From an uncultured virus (IMG/VR IMGVR_UViG_2703719318_000005) (taxonomy: Duplodnaviria; Heunggongvirae; Uroviricota; Caudoviricetes): a stretch of DNA of 64,000 bases. The DNA lies in the IMG/VR virus record IMGVR_UViG_2703719318_000005, one strand, 5' to 3'. The notes beneath the pieces were generated by a model. That model searched no databases. It saw only the letters and a list, made by a program, of their open reading frames with translations, and had not been told where the DNA came from. Position 1 is the first letter of the stretch. Each line of letters begins with the position of its first letter. Below are positions 8,508 through 18,097 of this stretch, piece by piece. Made by a program: the position numbers and the translations under genes.

Positions 8508-8732
8508 GTGGAGAATAATATTTCAAAACAAAAATTAGAATGGATGAGAAAAGTGGGAGTAAAGAAGTTTGAAGAACCACTGCAGTATTATTTAGGAGCT
8601 AACATATTTTATTCCGAGAAGTTTTTGGCTGAAACACCCCTTGAAGAGCTAGAAAAAAAGAGTAACCAAATACTAGCTGATAAAGGGGCGCCAATAATAA
8701 TTGAAAATGGCTCAAAACATTATATAGATTAA
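8508..8732 (+). CDS. Hypothetical phage protein
   Basis: AGGAGG RBS, GTG start. Confidence 0.6.
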   Translation: MENNISKQKLEWMRKVGVKKFEEPLQYYLGANIFYSEKFLAETPLEELEKKSNQILADKGAPIIIENGSKHYID

Positions 8733-9073
8733 ATTGAAATAATGCTCTTAAATTTGCTTAAATAATCAATAACTTCTTTTAAGCCATTTTTAAAACGGTT
8801 TTCCATATAAAGTATACCTTTATCGGAAAGGTAAGAATCACATACAACATTTTCAGCATAAGCACATATTAATAAGCTAGAATCTTTCAGCTCGCTACAT
8901 GCTGCATCAATATCACTGTATTGCATTTTTGTATTGATACATTCATAAATGTTGGCTGAACTACCAAAAGCTATAGCTATATCTTTTGAAATGCCGTTTT
9001 TACGTTTTTGACAGTATTGTTTATATAATAAGCAAATTAAAGCATCAGCATTTTTAGTAAGCTGTATATCCAT
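8729..9073 (-). CDS. Reverse-oriented accessory protein, possibly winged-helix
   Basis: AAGGGGA RBS before MDIQLTKNADALI. Confidence 0.65.
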   Translation of the reverse strand: MDIQLTKNADALICLLYKQYCQKRKNGISKDIAIAFGSSANIYECINTKMQYSDIDAACSELKDSSLLICAYAENVVCDSYLSDKGILYMENRFKNGLKEVIDYLSKFKSIISI

Positions 9074-9140
9074 AAAATATACATCCCCTTTCATCAAAAT
9101 TTTACCATAAGGGGACAAGCAATACAAAGGAGTTGATAAA

Positions 9141-9926
9141 TTGAATTTAACACCAATAGAGTTTAAGAAACAAAGAGTTTTAAGTACGGAATTATTAGCA
9201 AAAGTATATGAAACAGATATGAACAACATTCAAGCTAACTTTTCAAGAAATAAAGATCACTTTAAAGAAGGAATACATTACTATTTACTTCAAGGCGAGG
9301 AATTAAAGCAGTTTAAGAACCAACCTACTATTAGTCAGCTGGTTTCTAAACATGTAAGCCAACTATACTTGTGGACAGAGCGGGGAGCAAATCGACATTG
9401 TAAAATATTAGATACAGATAAAGCGTGGGAACAATTTGACAACTTAGAAGAAACTTATTTTAGAGTTAAAAAAGCAGAACCACAATGCATAGAGGACTTA
9501 ATTATTATGCAAGCACAAAGCCTTAAAGATATGCGATTACAGCTACAAGAAACTAAGGAGCAGACAACAGCAGTAAAACAAGAAGTACAAGCTATGCGTG
9601 ATGTAATTACTATAAAACCAAGTGAAGAGTGGAGAAAGCAGACCAATGTACTTATAGCAAAAATATGTATGAGAGTAAAAGACTATAAAAAACCTAAGGA
9701 GGAAATTTATAAAGCACTTCAAGAGCGTGCAGGATGCGATTTAAAGATTAGGCTTAAGAATATGAGGGCGAGGTTACTACTTAATGGATCTACTAAAAGT
9801 AAGGTGGACAAGCTTAATTATTTAGATGTAATCACAGAAGATAAAAAGCTTATTGAAATATATGTAGCCATAGTTAAAGATATTGCCATTAAAAACAGTA
9901 TAAAGGTTAAGGAGGAAATTCAGTAA
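9141..9926 (+). CDS. ORF6N-domain antirepressor-like protein
   Basis: QRVLSTELLAKVY, NFSRNKDHF, LYLWTERGANRHCKILDTDKAW. Confidence 0.85.
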   Translation: MNLTPIEFKKQRVLSTELLAKVYETDMNNIQANFSRNKDHFKEGIHYYLLQGEELKQFKNQPTISQLVSKHVSQLYLWTERGANRHCKILDTDKAWEQFDNLEETYFRVKKAEPQCIEDLIIMQAQSLKDMRLQLQETKEQTTAVKQEVQAMRDVITIKPSEEWRKQTNVLIAKICMRVKDYKKPKEEIYKALQERAGCDLKIRLKNMRARLLLNGSTKSKVDKLNYLDVITEDKKLIEIYVAIVKDIAIKNSIKVKEEIQ

Positions 9927-10234
9927 TGATAAATATAACTTCATTAGAAGAAAGAGCAAATGACTTATTCAAACAATACGGACTTTATGGATCGGCAACT
10001 CAAATGTTTATTACTAGATTTTTTTACACTCATGACTTGGCAGATTTAACAATTTTGAGAGTGGCTAACTTACCAGATAAATTAAGAAAAGACTTAGCAA
10101 GTATATTAAGGGAGTATTTTAAAAACAAGCAAACTGCCCCTGAGGTGGAAGCTCAAGAACAGCTTGAAAAGTTTGTGCCAGAAGATAGTAATGGAACAAA
10201 TTATGAAAGAGGCCAAAAACACACAACTAGTTAA
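9926..10234 (+). CDS. Hypothetical phage protein
   Basis: Translationally coupled ORF. Confidence 0.55.
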   Translation: MINITSLEERANDLFKQYGLYGSATQMFITRFFYTHDLADLTILRVANLPDKLRKDLASILREYFKNKQTAPEVEAQEQLEKFVPEDSNGTNYERGQKHTTS

Positions 10235-10505
10235 AAATATTTTCTTTAATAAATTTCCATTGGTCTTTATTTAACCATCCTTGGTAATTAGTTGTTAATA
10301 CTTCCGTTACTATCATTGTGTCGTTATCATCTAGGTACGAATTAATATTGTTTGAAATTTGGGTGGCAGTAAGATTAGATTTAATTAAATATGAAGACTT
10401 CCAATAAGTACACCATGAAGAAGAAGAATCTTTTATAGCTTTAATGACATCTTCATATTTTTGACCCGGACTATCAAGATCATAAGTTATCATATATGCA
10501 GCCAT
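10227..10505 (-). CDS. Small Cas2/VapD-like ferredoxin-fold protein (stand-alone)
   Basis: YMITYDL N-terminal motif, SSYLI, DDNDTMIV; GAGGTGA RBS. Confidence 0.6.
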   Translation of the reverse strand: MAAYMITYDLDSPGQKYEDVIKAIKDSSSSWCTYWKSSYLIKSNLTATQISNNINSYLDDNDTMIVTEVLTTNYQGWLNKDQWKFIKENIFN

Positions 10506-10531
10506 ATATATCACCTCACTTTCAGATGATA

Positions 10532-10560
10532 TATTCTACAAAAACACTGTAAAAACCTTT
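10532..10560 (-). promoter_or_regulatory. SigH-like promoter
   Basis: Minus strand AAAGGTTTTT...TGTAGAATA. Confidence 0.5.
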
Positions 10561-10586
10561 AAAAAATATAAAAAGGAGGAAATAAC

Positions 10587-11051
10587 ATGAGAGATATTAA
10601 GAAATACACAAATAAAATGACTAAAGGGGAGTTCATAAAGAAAGCAGACAAAGAGACATGGTGTCCTAATGCGTATGGATTAAAATGTTTTAGCGATATA
10701 GATTTAGACAAATGCGTCCTTGACTTTATAACATGTCATGAATGCTTTGAGATAGCACTTCAAAATATTAAATTCAAGGAGGAAGAGAAAATGAATAACG
10801 CAACAGTAAAAACTATAATGACACTTGGTGCAATGCTAGGAAGAGACTATGATTATGAATTCATAAAACATAGCAATGAGAGCAAAGTCAGCATTTATAA
10901 GAAGGGTAAGTTGATTAAAACTGATTGTGTTGATGCTGTAGAGATAACAAACGAAGATGAATTTAAAATTTGGGTTTGGAATTGGTTATATAGAACTAAG
11001 TATCAGAGTAAAGAAGCAGCTGCAACAATATCTACTAACCGCATGATTTAG
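10587..11051 (+). CDS. Hypothetical phage protein
   Basis: AGGAGG RBS. Confidence 0.6.
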   Translation: MRDIKKYTNKMTKGEFIKKADKETWCPNAYGLKCFSDIDLDKCVLDFITCHECFEIALQNIKFKEEEKMNNATVKTIMTLGAMLGRDYDYEFIKHSNESKVSIYKKGKLIKTDCVDAVEITNEDEFKIWVWNWLYRTKYQSKEAAATISTNRMI

Positions 11052-11063
11052 GAGGTAGAAACT

Positions 11064-11204
11064 ATGGAACTAAAACCAAAACAGAGGGAATTTTTGAGAC
11101 ACCTGGGACTAGCAGTTAAAAATTTCGAGTTAGTTTCTAGTAGCTGCAGCAATTGGAGTTTTCGTAACAGAAAAACTGGTGCAAAACTAGATTATAGATT
11201 TTAA
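11064..11204 (+). CDS. 46-aa hypothetical protein
   Basis: AGGAGG RBS; MELKPKQREFLRHLGL... Confidence 0.55.
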   Translation: MELKPKQREFLRHLGLAVKNFELVSSSCSNWSFRNRKTGAKLDYRF

Positions 11205-11220
11205 GTTAGGGGTGGAGCGT

Positions 11221-11388
11221 TTGAAGCATGGAAAAAGACCAACATTGAAGCAGAGAGAAAGAATTTCAAAGTTGAAGTATAAGGGAAGAAATCTTAATCC
11301 TGAAAACTGGCTAGTAGTTAAGGACACATCAGAAGAATTTGTATTAGTAAATAAAAATTCAGGACATCAAGAAAAATATTCCAAATAA
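11221..11388 (+). CDS. 55-aa conserved phage protein
   Basis: KHGKRPT...LNPENWLVVKD pattern common in Firmicutes phages. Confidence 0.6.
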   Translation: MKHGKRPTLKQRERISKLKYKGRNLNPENWLVVKDTSEEFVLVNKNSGHQEKYSK

Positions 11389-11407
11389 AAAGGGAGGATT
11401 ATTTATT

Positions 11408-11647
11408 ATGAAATCGACAGGAGTTGTAAGACAATTAGATCCACTAGGAAGAATAGTTTTGCCAATTGAAATAAGAAGAACATTTGATTTAAAAGAAAAG
11501 GATGCTTTAGAAATATATGTAGATGGTGAGAACATTGTACTTAAGAAATATAATCCAGCATGTATTTTCTGTGGAGAAGCAAGCGAGGTTGTTAACTATA
11601 AAGGTAAGAAGATTTGCAAGAAATGTTTGGAAGAATTAAGAAGGTGA
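11408..11647 (+). CDS. abrB: AbrB/SpoVT-family transition-state regulator
   Basis: MKSTGVVRQLDPLGRIVLPIEIRR...LKKYNPACIFCG...ICKKC. Confidence 0.9.
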   Translation: MKSTGVVRQLDPLGRIVLPIEIRRTFDLKEKDALEIYVDGENIVLKKYNPACIFCGEASEVVNYKGKKICKKCLEELRR

Positions 11648-11652
11648 TTTTA

Positions 11653-12105
11653 ATGGAGCGAATAACACCAATACATCCAACTCAAAGAACTAAACAACAA
11701 TTACACCATAAACCTACTACAGACTTTCAGAATATTCTTGAAAATAGACTTGATATTGACCATGAGCAGATATATGACACTGAAACTAATGAGACTATAT
11801 GTGACATAGACAATATGGATGAAGCTACTTTGAATAAATTATTGGAGGAGCATCCTATTGAATATGACAAAATAGGTCGTATGAATTACAATCCTATATT
11901 TCACGCTAGAATGAGACAACCTTGGACAGTAGATGAACTTAATTATGTGATTAATTGGTATGACAAAGTTGGACCAGATGAACTAAGTTTTGCGTTAGAA
12001 AGAACAATCAAAAGTGTTATGCAGAAAGCTACAGACTTAAGGAAACAAGGAAAGATGCCACAGATTCAAGGATACCACAAAAGAGTTTCCAATATTTCAT
12101 GTTAG
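11653..12105 (+). CDS. Hypothetical phage protein
   Basis: AAGGTGA RBS; C-terminal helical domain. Confidence 0.6.
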   Translation: MERITPIHPTQRTKQQLHHKPTTDFQNILENRLDIDHEQIYDTETNETICDIDNMDEATLNKLLEEHPIEYDKIGRMNYNPIFHARMRQPWTVDELNYVINWYDKVGPDELSFALERTIKSVMQKATDLRKQGKMPQIQGYHKRVSNISC

Positions 12106-12222
12106 GAGGTTGAAAATGACATTTAAAGACGTAGCAAAGTCATTTACAGCGGTTGAGATTGTACAAGGTATATTTGGTATGTTAATAGCACTTATAGCTA
12201 TATATGTTGGTTATGTGGCTAT

Positions 12223-12798
12223 GTGGTGTATGTGATTGACAAAGGGGAAATGGAGAAAATGTATAAAGAAGAAGAAATTAATTTTGAATATGAAAATATT
12301 CGAAAATTAACGAGTAAAGAAACAGGTGAAGAAATTAAGCTTAAAAGTTTTGTGGAAGTACTGTTTAATAATGGTTTTAGTGTTACTGGGTTTATAACCC
12401 AAATGTCTCGGAAGTCATTAATCATAGAAACAAGTATTAAATATACACCTGCAGGAATAGAGACTACAAAAAATTTGGCGCTACTAAGAGATGTTAAGAG
12501 TATTGAATCCATAGATATCGAAGAATATGGCTACGAAGAATATGAAGAAGGAACTATAGAACCTAATTGGAAAACTTATTCAACTTATATGGGACCAGTT
12601 CCGCTTAAAACACATGATGGAAGAGAGTTATCTGAGAAAGAATCCATCTTAATTAAAGCAACAAAAAATAGGCTTAAATCATTCTATAGGAATTCTACGC
12701 CTATAGAATGCATAATTGATTATGTTGAAAAGAACGATTTTTGGAAAAGAAAGCCTTGGGATTTAGCACAAGACTACTATAATGACATTATTTGTTAA
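12223..12798 (+). CDS. Hypothetical phage protein
   Basis: ORF in early operon. Confidence 0.55.
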   Translation: MVYVIDKGEMEKMYKEEEINFEYENIRKLTSKETGEEIKLKSFVEVLFNNGFSVTGFITQMSRKSLIIETSIKYTPAGIETTKNLALLRDVKSIESIDIEEYGYEEYEEGTIEPNWKTYSTYMGPVPLKTHDGRELSEKESILIKATKNRLKSFYRNSTPIECIIDYVEKNDFWKRKPWDLAQDYYNDIIC

Positions 12799-12811
12799 AG
12801 GAGGAGCGATT

Positions 12812-13072
12812 ATGTGGATTAGAAGTCAAGATAAGAGGATTTTAGTAAATGCTAATTCGATAAATTTAAACTACGCAAATTCAGATGAAATATTAGGATA
12901 TGTGAATAGTGAAAGAGTTGGGAATCCGTTAGGTAGATATGAAACAGAAAAGAGAGCTTTAGAGGTTCTAGATGAAATTCAGGTGCAAATTCAATCATGT
13001 GTATCTTTCGATAAAATGCAAGGTCCAACACGAACTTTTATGCAACCAGTGTATCAAATGCCAGAAAACTAA
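12812..13072 (+). CDS. Hypothetical phage protein (MWIRSQ family)
   Basis: AGGAGG RBS; LGRYETEKRALEVLDEI. Confidence 0.65.
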   Translation: MWIRSQDKRILVNANSINLNYANSDEILGYVNSERVGNPLGRYETEKRALEVLDEIQVQIQSCVSFDKMQGPTRTFMQPVYQMPEN

Positions 13073-13154
13073 AAAAGGACTCTCGCCAAAGAGCCCAAAG
13101 TAAAATAACCAAATTAATTATAAAAGATAGTAAGTAAAAAATCAAATTGGAGGA

Positions 13155-13697
13155 TTGAATATGAGATTTAAAGTTGAAGTTGATATTGATTGGATAAATG
13201 AAGATTGTGGAATAGATGAAACAGTTTCAGAAGAGATAAAGAGCAAACTAACTGATAAGGTTTTTACAACAGTTGAGAAGCAGATTCAAGAAAAGCTTAC
13301 AGAAAAGATTTCAAAGCAAGTAGATGCAGTTTTAGATAAGAAAATAATGCAGACATATGACGAGTTCCTTTCTAAGGGATTCAATATCTATGACCGCTGG
13401 GGAGATTTGAGAGAAGAAAATGTGAATGTTAAAGAGCTTCTAAAAAAGAAACTAGATACATTCATGTCAGAAAATGTAGACGAGGAAGGACGATCTGATA
13501 GGTACAATGGCAAGCCAAGATATGCGGTAATACTTGACAATCAATCACAGAAACAAATAAATGAGTTTCTTGGAAAACTATCACGTAATGTTATTGAAGG
13601 AATCAAGGAAGATATAAATAATGAGGCGGTTAAGAAAATTACAGAGAGCATTTTATCAGATTACAGCTTAAAAAAACTGGTTAATCCTATGGCATGA
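13155..13697 (+). CDS. Hypothetical phage protein
   Basis: GGAGG RBS, ORF. Confidence 0.6.
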   Translation: MNMRFKVEVDIDWINEDCGIDETVSEEIKSKLTDKVFTTVEKQIQEKLTEKISKQVDAVLDKKIMQTYDEFLSKGFNIYDRWGDLREENVNVKELLKKKLDTFMSENVDEEGRSDRYNGKPRYAVILDNQSQKQINEFLGKLSRNVIEGIKEDINNEAVKKITESILSDYSLKKLVNPMA

Positions 13698-13711
13698 ATC
13701 GAGGTGTAAGT

Positions 13712-13921
13712 ATGGATGTTAAAAGTGTGATATATCCTAGCAAATGGGATGAAGTAACTTTCTACAGTAATGGCACGTTGGAAATAGCTGATAACAATAA
13801 TTCAGTAAAAATAAAGAGCAAAGATATGATAGAAAAAATAGTTAAAAAATATTTAGTGAATCTTGATGATAGTGATTTAAAAAAAATCATGAAAAATGTT
13901 GAGGAGGAACGTAATGAGTAA
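13712..13921 (+). CDS. Hypothetical phage protein
   Basis: GAGGTG RBS. Confidence 0.55.
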   Translation: MDVKSVIYPSKWDEVTFYSNGTLEIADNNNSVKIKSKDMIEKIVKKYLVNLDDSDLKKIMKNVEEERNE

Positions 13922-15875
13922 AACAATTATTTTAAAAGGTTTATACCTTAAGAATTTTAAGGGAATAAAGGAACTTGATATAGATTTTGGAAAGGTAACA
14001 AATATTTTTGGAGACAATGGATATGGAAAGACTACAGTATTTGATGCGTTTACATGGTTGCTATTTGATAAGGATAGCCAAGACAGAAGTAAGTTTGATG
14101 TACAACCGCTTGATGGAAATAATAATGTGATTCACATGTTAGAAACAGAGGTTACAGGAGCTATTGAAATAGATGGAGTTAAAACTATTCTAAAAAAAGT
14201 TCTAAAAGAAAAATGGGTAAAAAAACGCGGAGAAGTTGAAAGCGAACTCAAAGGAACTGAAACATCTTATTATGTGGACGAAGCACCTTTTAAGCAAGGC
14301 GAGTATAAAAAGATGATTCAAAGTATAACCGGTGATGAAAATATTTTTAAATTACTTACTAATCCTTTGTATTTTAGTTTAGGTCTTAAATGGCAGGACA
14401 GAAGAAAAATAATATTTAATCTTAATGGTGATGTAGATATTTCAGATGTTATTAATTACAAGAGCAGCCTTGGAGAACTACAAAATTATCTTAATCCTAA
14501 TGAAGATATAGAAATCTTTAAAAAGAGAATTAAGGCGCAGATAGCAAAACTTAAAAAGGATAAGGAAAATATTCCTGCACGAGTTGATGAATGTAGCAGA
14601 TCCATAAGAAGCGATATTGATTTTGAACTACAGGAAACCAATAAGAAAAACCTTACTGACAATATTAAAGTTCTAGATGAACAGATACTCGACAGTAGCA
14701 AAGTAGATGATGAAATTCTAGAAAAGAGAAAAAAACTTTATGATTTAAAAGCAAATTTAAATTCTTTAGAGTTTAAGTTGAATTCCAAAGCACAAGAACC
14801 TTTGAAAGAATTAAAACAGAAAAAAAATAAATTGGAACAAAATAATCATAGCATTGGATTAAAAGCTGACAGGATAAAGAATGAATTAAAACTAAATGAA
14901 GATAACATTTCAATACTAGAAACTTCAATAGCCGATTTAAAAAAGCAATGGTATGAAGTAAATGCCAAAACTTTAGAGTTCAGTAAAAATGAATTCATAT
15001 GTCCTACATGCAAAAGAGAGTTCGAAGCAGCAGACATAGAAGCCAAAAAACAAGAGATGACAGAGAATTTTAATCAAGATAAATCTAATAAATTAAAAAA
15101 AATCAACGATGAGGGACAATTTAAAACTAATAATCTTAATACTCTTAAGCAAGAGGTTGAGCAGCTTAAAAATGAATACGATACGTATTTAAAACAGTTA
15201 TTTGAACTTTCAGAAGAGAAAAAGGTACTTGATAAGCAAATATTGGAGTTTAAACCTAATTTTGATTTTAGCAATAATCAAGAGTACCAGGAACTTAAAA
15301 AGGAAATTGCTGATTTAGAAGCTGAACTAGCTAAACCTTCTGATACAAATTCACAGGTGCAAGAGATTAGACATAAAAAGTCTAATTTAGAAATTGAACT
15401 AGATGGCATAAATAACTTGCTCTCTTATAAAGAACAAAATAAAGCCCTTGAAGACAGGAAAGCTGAACTTATGAGAGAAGAAAAAAAGTTAGCACAACAA
15501 ATAGCAGCATTAGAAAAACAAGAATACCTAACAGAAGAATTTACACGAACTAAAGTTGAATTATTAGAAAGTGGTATAAACAATAGATTTAAATATGTTA
15601 AATTTAAGCTTTTTGAAACACAGGTAAATGGTGCCTTAAATGAGACATGTGAAGCTTTAATTGATGGAGTACCTTTTAGTAATGCAAATACTGCAAGTCA
15701 ATATAATGCTGGAATTGATATTATAAATGCTTTATCAAAATTTTATGAGGTACAAGCACCTATATTTTTGGATAACAGGGAATCAGTAAGCAAAATAATT
15801 CCAAGTAATTCTCAGATAGTTAATTTAATAGTTTCAGATGATAAAAAATTAAGAGTAGAAAGTGAGGAAATATAG
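13914..15875 (+). CDS. SMC/Rad50-like AAA ATPase
   Basis: LKNFKGI, Walker A GDNGYGKT, long coiled coil with CPTC hook, PIFLDNRE. Confidence 0.9.
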   Translation: MSKTIILKGLYLKNFKGIKELDIDFGKVTNIFGDNGYGKTTVFDAFTWLLFDKDSQDRSKFDVQPLDGNNNVIHMLETEVTGAIEIDGVKTILKKVLKEKWVKKRGEVESELKGTETSYYVDEAPFKQGEYKKMIQSITGDENIFKLLTNPLYFSLGLKWQDRRKIIFNLNGDVDISDVINYKSSLGELQNYLNPNEDIEIFKKRIKAQIAKLKKDKENIPARVDECSRSIRSDIDFELQETNKKNLTDNIKVLDEQILDSSKVDDEILEKRKKLYDLKANLNSLEFKLNSKAQEPLKELKQKKNKLEQNNHSIGLKADRIKNELKLNEDNISILETSIADLKKQWYEVNAKTLEFSKNEFICPTCKREFEAADIEAKKQEMTENFNQDKSNKLKKINDEGQFKTNNLNTLKQEVEQLKNEYDTYLKQLFELSEEKKVLDKQILEFKPNFDFSNNQEYQELKKEIADLEAELAKPSDTNSQVQEIRHKKSNLEIELDGINNLLSYKEQNKALEDRKAELMREEKKLAQQIAALEKQEYLTEEFTRTKVELLESGINNRFKYVKFKLFETQVNGALNETCEALIDGVPFSNANTASQYNAGIDIINALSKFYEVQAPIFLDNRESVSKIIPSNSQIVNLIVSDDKKLRVESEEI

Positions 15876-16121
15876 ATGTTAGTTACAGTAAAAGCATTAT
15901 CGAAAAAAGCTTTAGAAGAAAGAGAGTACAGGGATAAAGTTCAAATATGCATGGATGGAAAAGAAGTTTTTAATGTTATGGATGATGAACCAGAAGACTC
16001 AAATTTGAGTAGAAGTTTTAGCGATGTATATAAGATTCCTAAGTTATTAGAAAAAGCTTATAAAGCAGGCAAAAATGGTGAAGAACTTAAAATTGAATAT
16101 GAAGAAGTGGAGGAGATATGA
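15876..16121 (+). CDS. Hypothetical phage protein
   Basis: Coupled ORF. Confidence 0.6.
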   Translation: MLVTVKALSKKALEEREYRDKVQICMDGKEVFNVMDDEPEDSNLSRSFSDVYKIPKLLEKAYKAGKNGEELKIEYEEVEEI

Positions 16122-16408
16122 TGGATAAAAAAGGAGAGTATAACATATCAAAAGCTATTCAGGTACAACAAAAACTATGCAGAGAAAGAAATTTCCCACA
16201 TTTTGCACCTGAGGATGGTAGATGCTGGTGTTGTAATAAAAATATTTATGAAGAAATTGGTTGGAAATATGATAGTGCATCACATAGACATGTTCAAGTT
16301 CCATTGGATTCAGACCAAGTTGGATTTACTACCGGAATAACAGTTGAAAAGGCTGGTGAAGAATTTATAACAGGATGCCCACATTGTAGTAGAACATATT
16401 GTGATTAA
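16118..16408 (+). CDS. Cys-rich hypothetical phage protein
   Basis: PHFAP..GRCWCC, ITGCPHCSRTYCD. Confidence 0.65.
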   Translation: MMDKKGEYNISKAIQVQQKLCRERNFPHFAPEDGRCWCCNKNIYEEIGWKYDSASHRHVQVPLDSDQVGFTTGITVEKAGEEFITGCPHCSRTYCD

Positions 16409-16438
16409 AAAATTTAATTTAGAAAGTAGGAGATATAA

Positions 16439-17362
16439 ATGGCAAATCAAGTTCAAACTACTGTAAATAAAGCAGTAACAGTACAGGAAAAAAATATAAC
16501 AGAAGAAGTTTTAAGTAGAGTAACTGATTTAAGTAAGAAAAAAGAATTAGTTATACCACCAGGATATAGTGCAGCAAATGCATTAAAAAGTGCATGGCTA
16601 TTACTTCAAGAAACGGTTGACAGAAATCAGAAACCAGCTTTACAAGTGTGTTCAAAATCAACTATAGCTAATACGTTGTTAGATATGACTATACAAGGAC
16701 TATCTCCAGCTAAAAAGCAATGTTATTTCGTAGTGTACGGAAGTCAACTTCAATTAATGCGTAGCTATATGGGAACTGTAGCAGTAACTAAAAGGTTAAA
16801 AGGCATTAAAGATGTAAAAGCCTATTGCATATACGAAGGTGATGAATTTGAGGAAACATATGATCTAGAGACAGCAACTTTAAAAATATCTAAGTTTAAG
16901 CCAAGCTTTGAAAATATAAATCTTGAAAAAATCAAAGGTGCATTTGCAGTAATTATTGGTGAAAATGGTCCTATTCACACAGAAGTAATGAATATTGAAC
17001 AAATAAAAAAAGCTTGGGGACAAGGTGTTGCATATAAAACAGGTAAATCTAAAGCACATAATAACTTTACAGATGAAATGGCAAAGAAAACTGTTATTAA
17101 TAGAGCTTGTAAGATGTACGCTAACACATCAGATGATAGTGATTTACTCATAGAAGCCTTTAATAATACTGATAAAACTTATGATGATGATAAAGTTATT
17201 GAAAATGTAGAACATGAAGTAACTGAGGAAATTAAAGATAATGCCAATAAAAAAACTTTAGATATTCAAGAGCCCCAAAGGGTAGAAATTAAGCCGGAGC
17301 AAACAATTATAGATGTTGAACCTCAGAAAGTTGAAACCAAACAGGAAGGACCAACATTCTAA
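16439..17362 (+). CDS. recT: RecT-family single-strand annealing protein
   Basis: GLSPAKKQCYFVVYG, DEMAKKTVINRACK. Confidence 0.9.
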   Translation: MANQVQTTVNKAVTVQEKNITEEVLSRVTDLSKKKELVIPPGYSAANALKSAWLLLQETVDRNQKPALQVCSKSTIANTLLDMTIQGLSPAKKQCYFVVYGSQLQLMRSYMGTVAVTKRLKGIKDVKAYCIYEGDEFEETYDLETATLKISKFKPSFENINLEKIKGAFAVIIGENGPIHTEVMNIEQIKKAWGQGVAYKTGKSKAHNNFTDEMAKKTVINRACKMYANTSDDSDLLIEAFNNTDKTYDDDKVIENVEHEVTEEIKDNANKKTLDIQEPQRVEIKPEQTIIDVEPQKVETKQEGPTF

Positions 17363-18093
17363 TGAAACTGAAAGTATTAGGAAGTGGTAGCAGTGGAAAC
17401 TGCTATCTACTTCAAAATGGAAAAGAAACTTTAGTACTAGAATGTGGACTACCTTATAAAACTATTCTGAAAGGCTTAAATTTCAATCTTTCTAATGTGG
17501 TTGGGTGTTTGGTCACACACGAACATAAAGACCATTCTAAAGCTATAAATGAAGTCCTGAACAATAGCATAGATGTTTATAGCAGTAAAGGAACACTAAA
17601 AGCTATGAATATAAAAAATTATAGAGCAAAAATAATTGAGAGTGAAGAGCAATTTTTTATAGGGGATTTTACAGTACTTCCATTTGAAACTGAGCATGAT
17701 GCGGTAGAATCACTCGGATTTTTGATACAGAATAGTGACTTGGGAAAGCTTTTATTTATTACGGATAGTTACTACTGTAAGTATAATTTTTCAGGTCTAA
17801 ACCATATCCTGATTGAATGTAATTATAGCAAATCTATCTTAGATAAAAATATTAAAAATGGATTTATACATCCTACACTAGCAAATAGGCTTTTAAAATC
17901 TCATTTCAGTTTAGATCATGTAAAAGAGTTTCTAAAAGCAAATGATTTAAGCAAATGTAGAGATATAGTTTTAGTACACTTATCAAATAATAACAGTAAT
18001 GCTGCAGAGTTTAAAGAAGAGATTGAAAGACTTACAGGTATTCCAGTTTACATTGCAAACAAAGGATTAGAATTAGAACTATTTAAGGAGTAA
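17362..18093 (+). CDS. MBL-fold metallo-hydrolase
   Basis: LGSGSSGN, THEHKDH, ECNY, HLS. Confidence 0.9.
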   Translation: MKLKVLGSGSSGNCYLLQNGKETLVLECGLPYKTILKGLNFNLSNVVGCLVTHEHKDHSKAINEVLNNSIDVYSSKGTLKAMNIKNYRAKIIESEEQFFIGDFTVLPFETEHDAVESLGFLIQNSDLGKLLFITDSYYCKYNFSGLNHILIECNYSKSILDKNIKNGFIHPTLANRLLKSHFSLDHVKEFLKANDLSKCRDIVLVHLSNNNSNAAEFKEEIERLTGIPVYIANKGLELELFKE

Positions 18094-18097
18094 TTTT

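Noticed and set aside
10227..10505. CRISPR-Cas locus
   Set aside because: Only a Cas2-like small gene; no repeat-spacer array or other cas genes in the window
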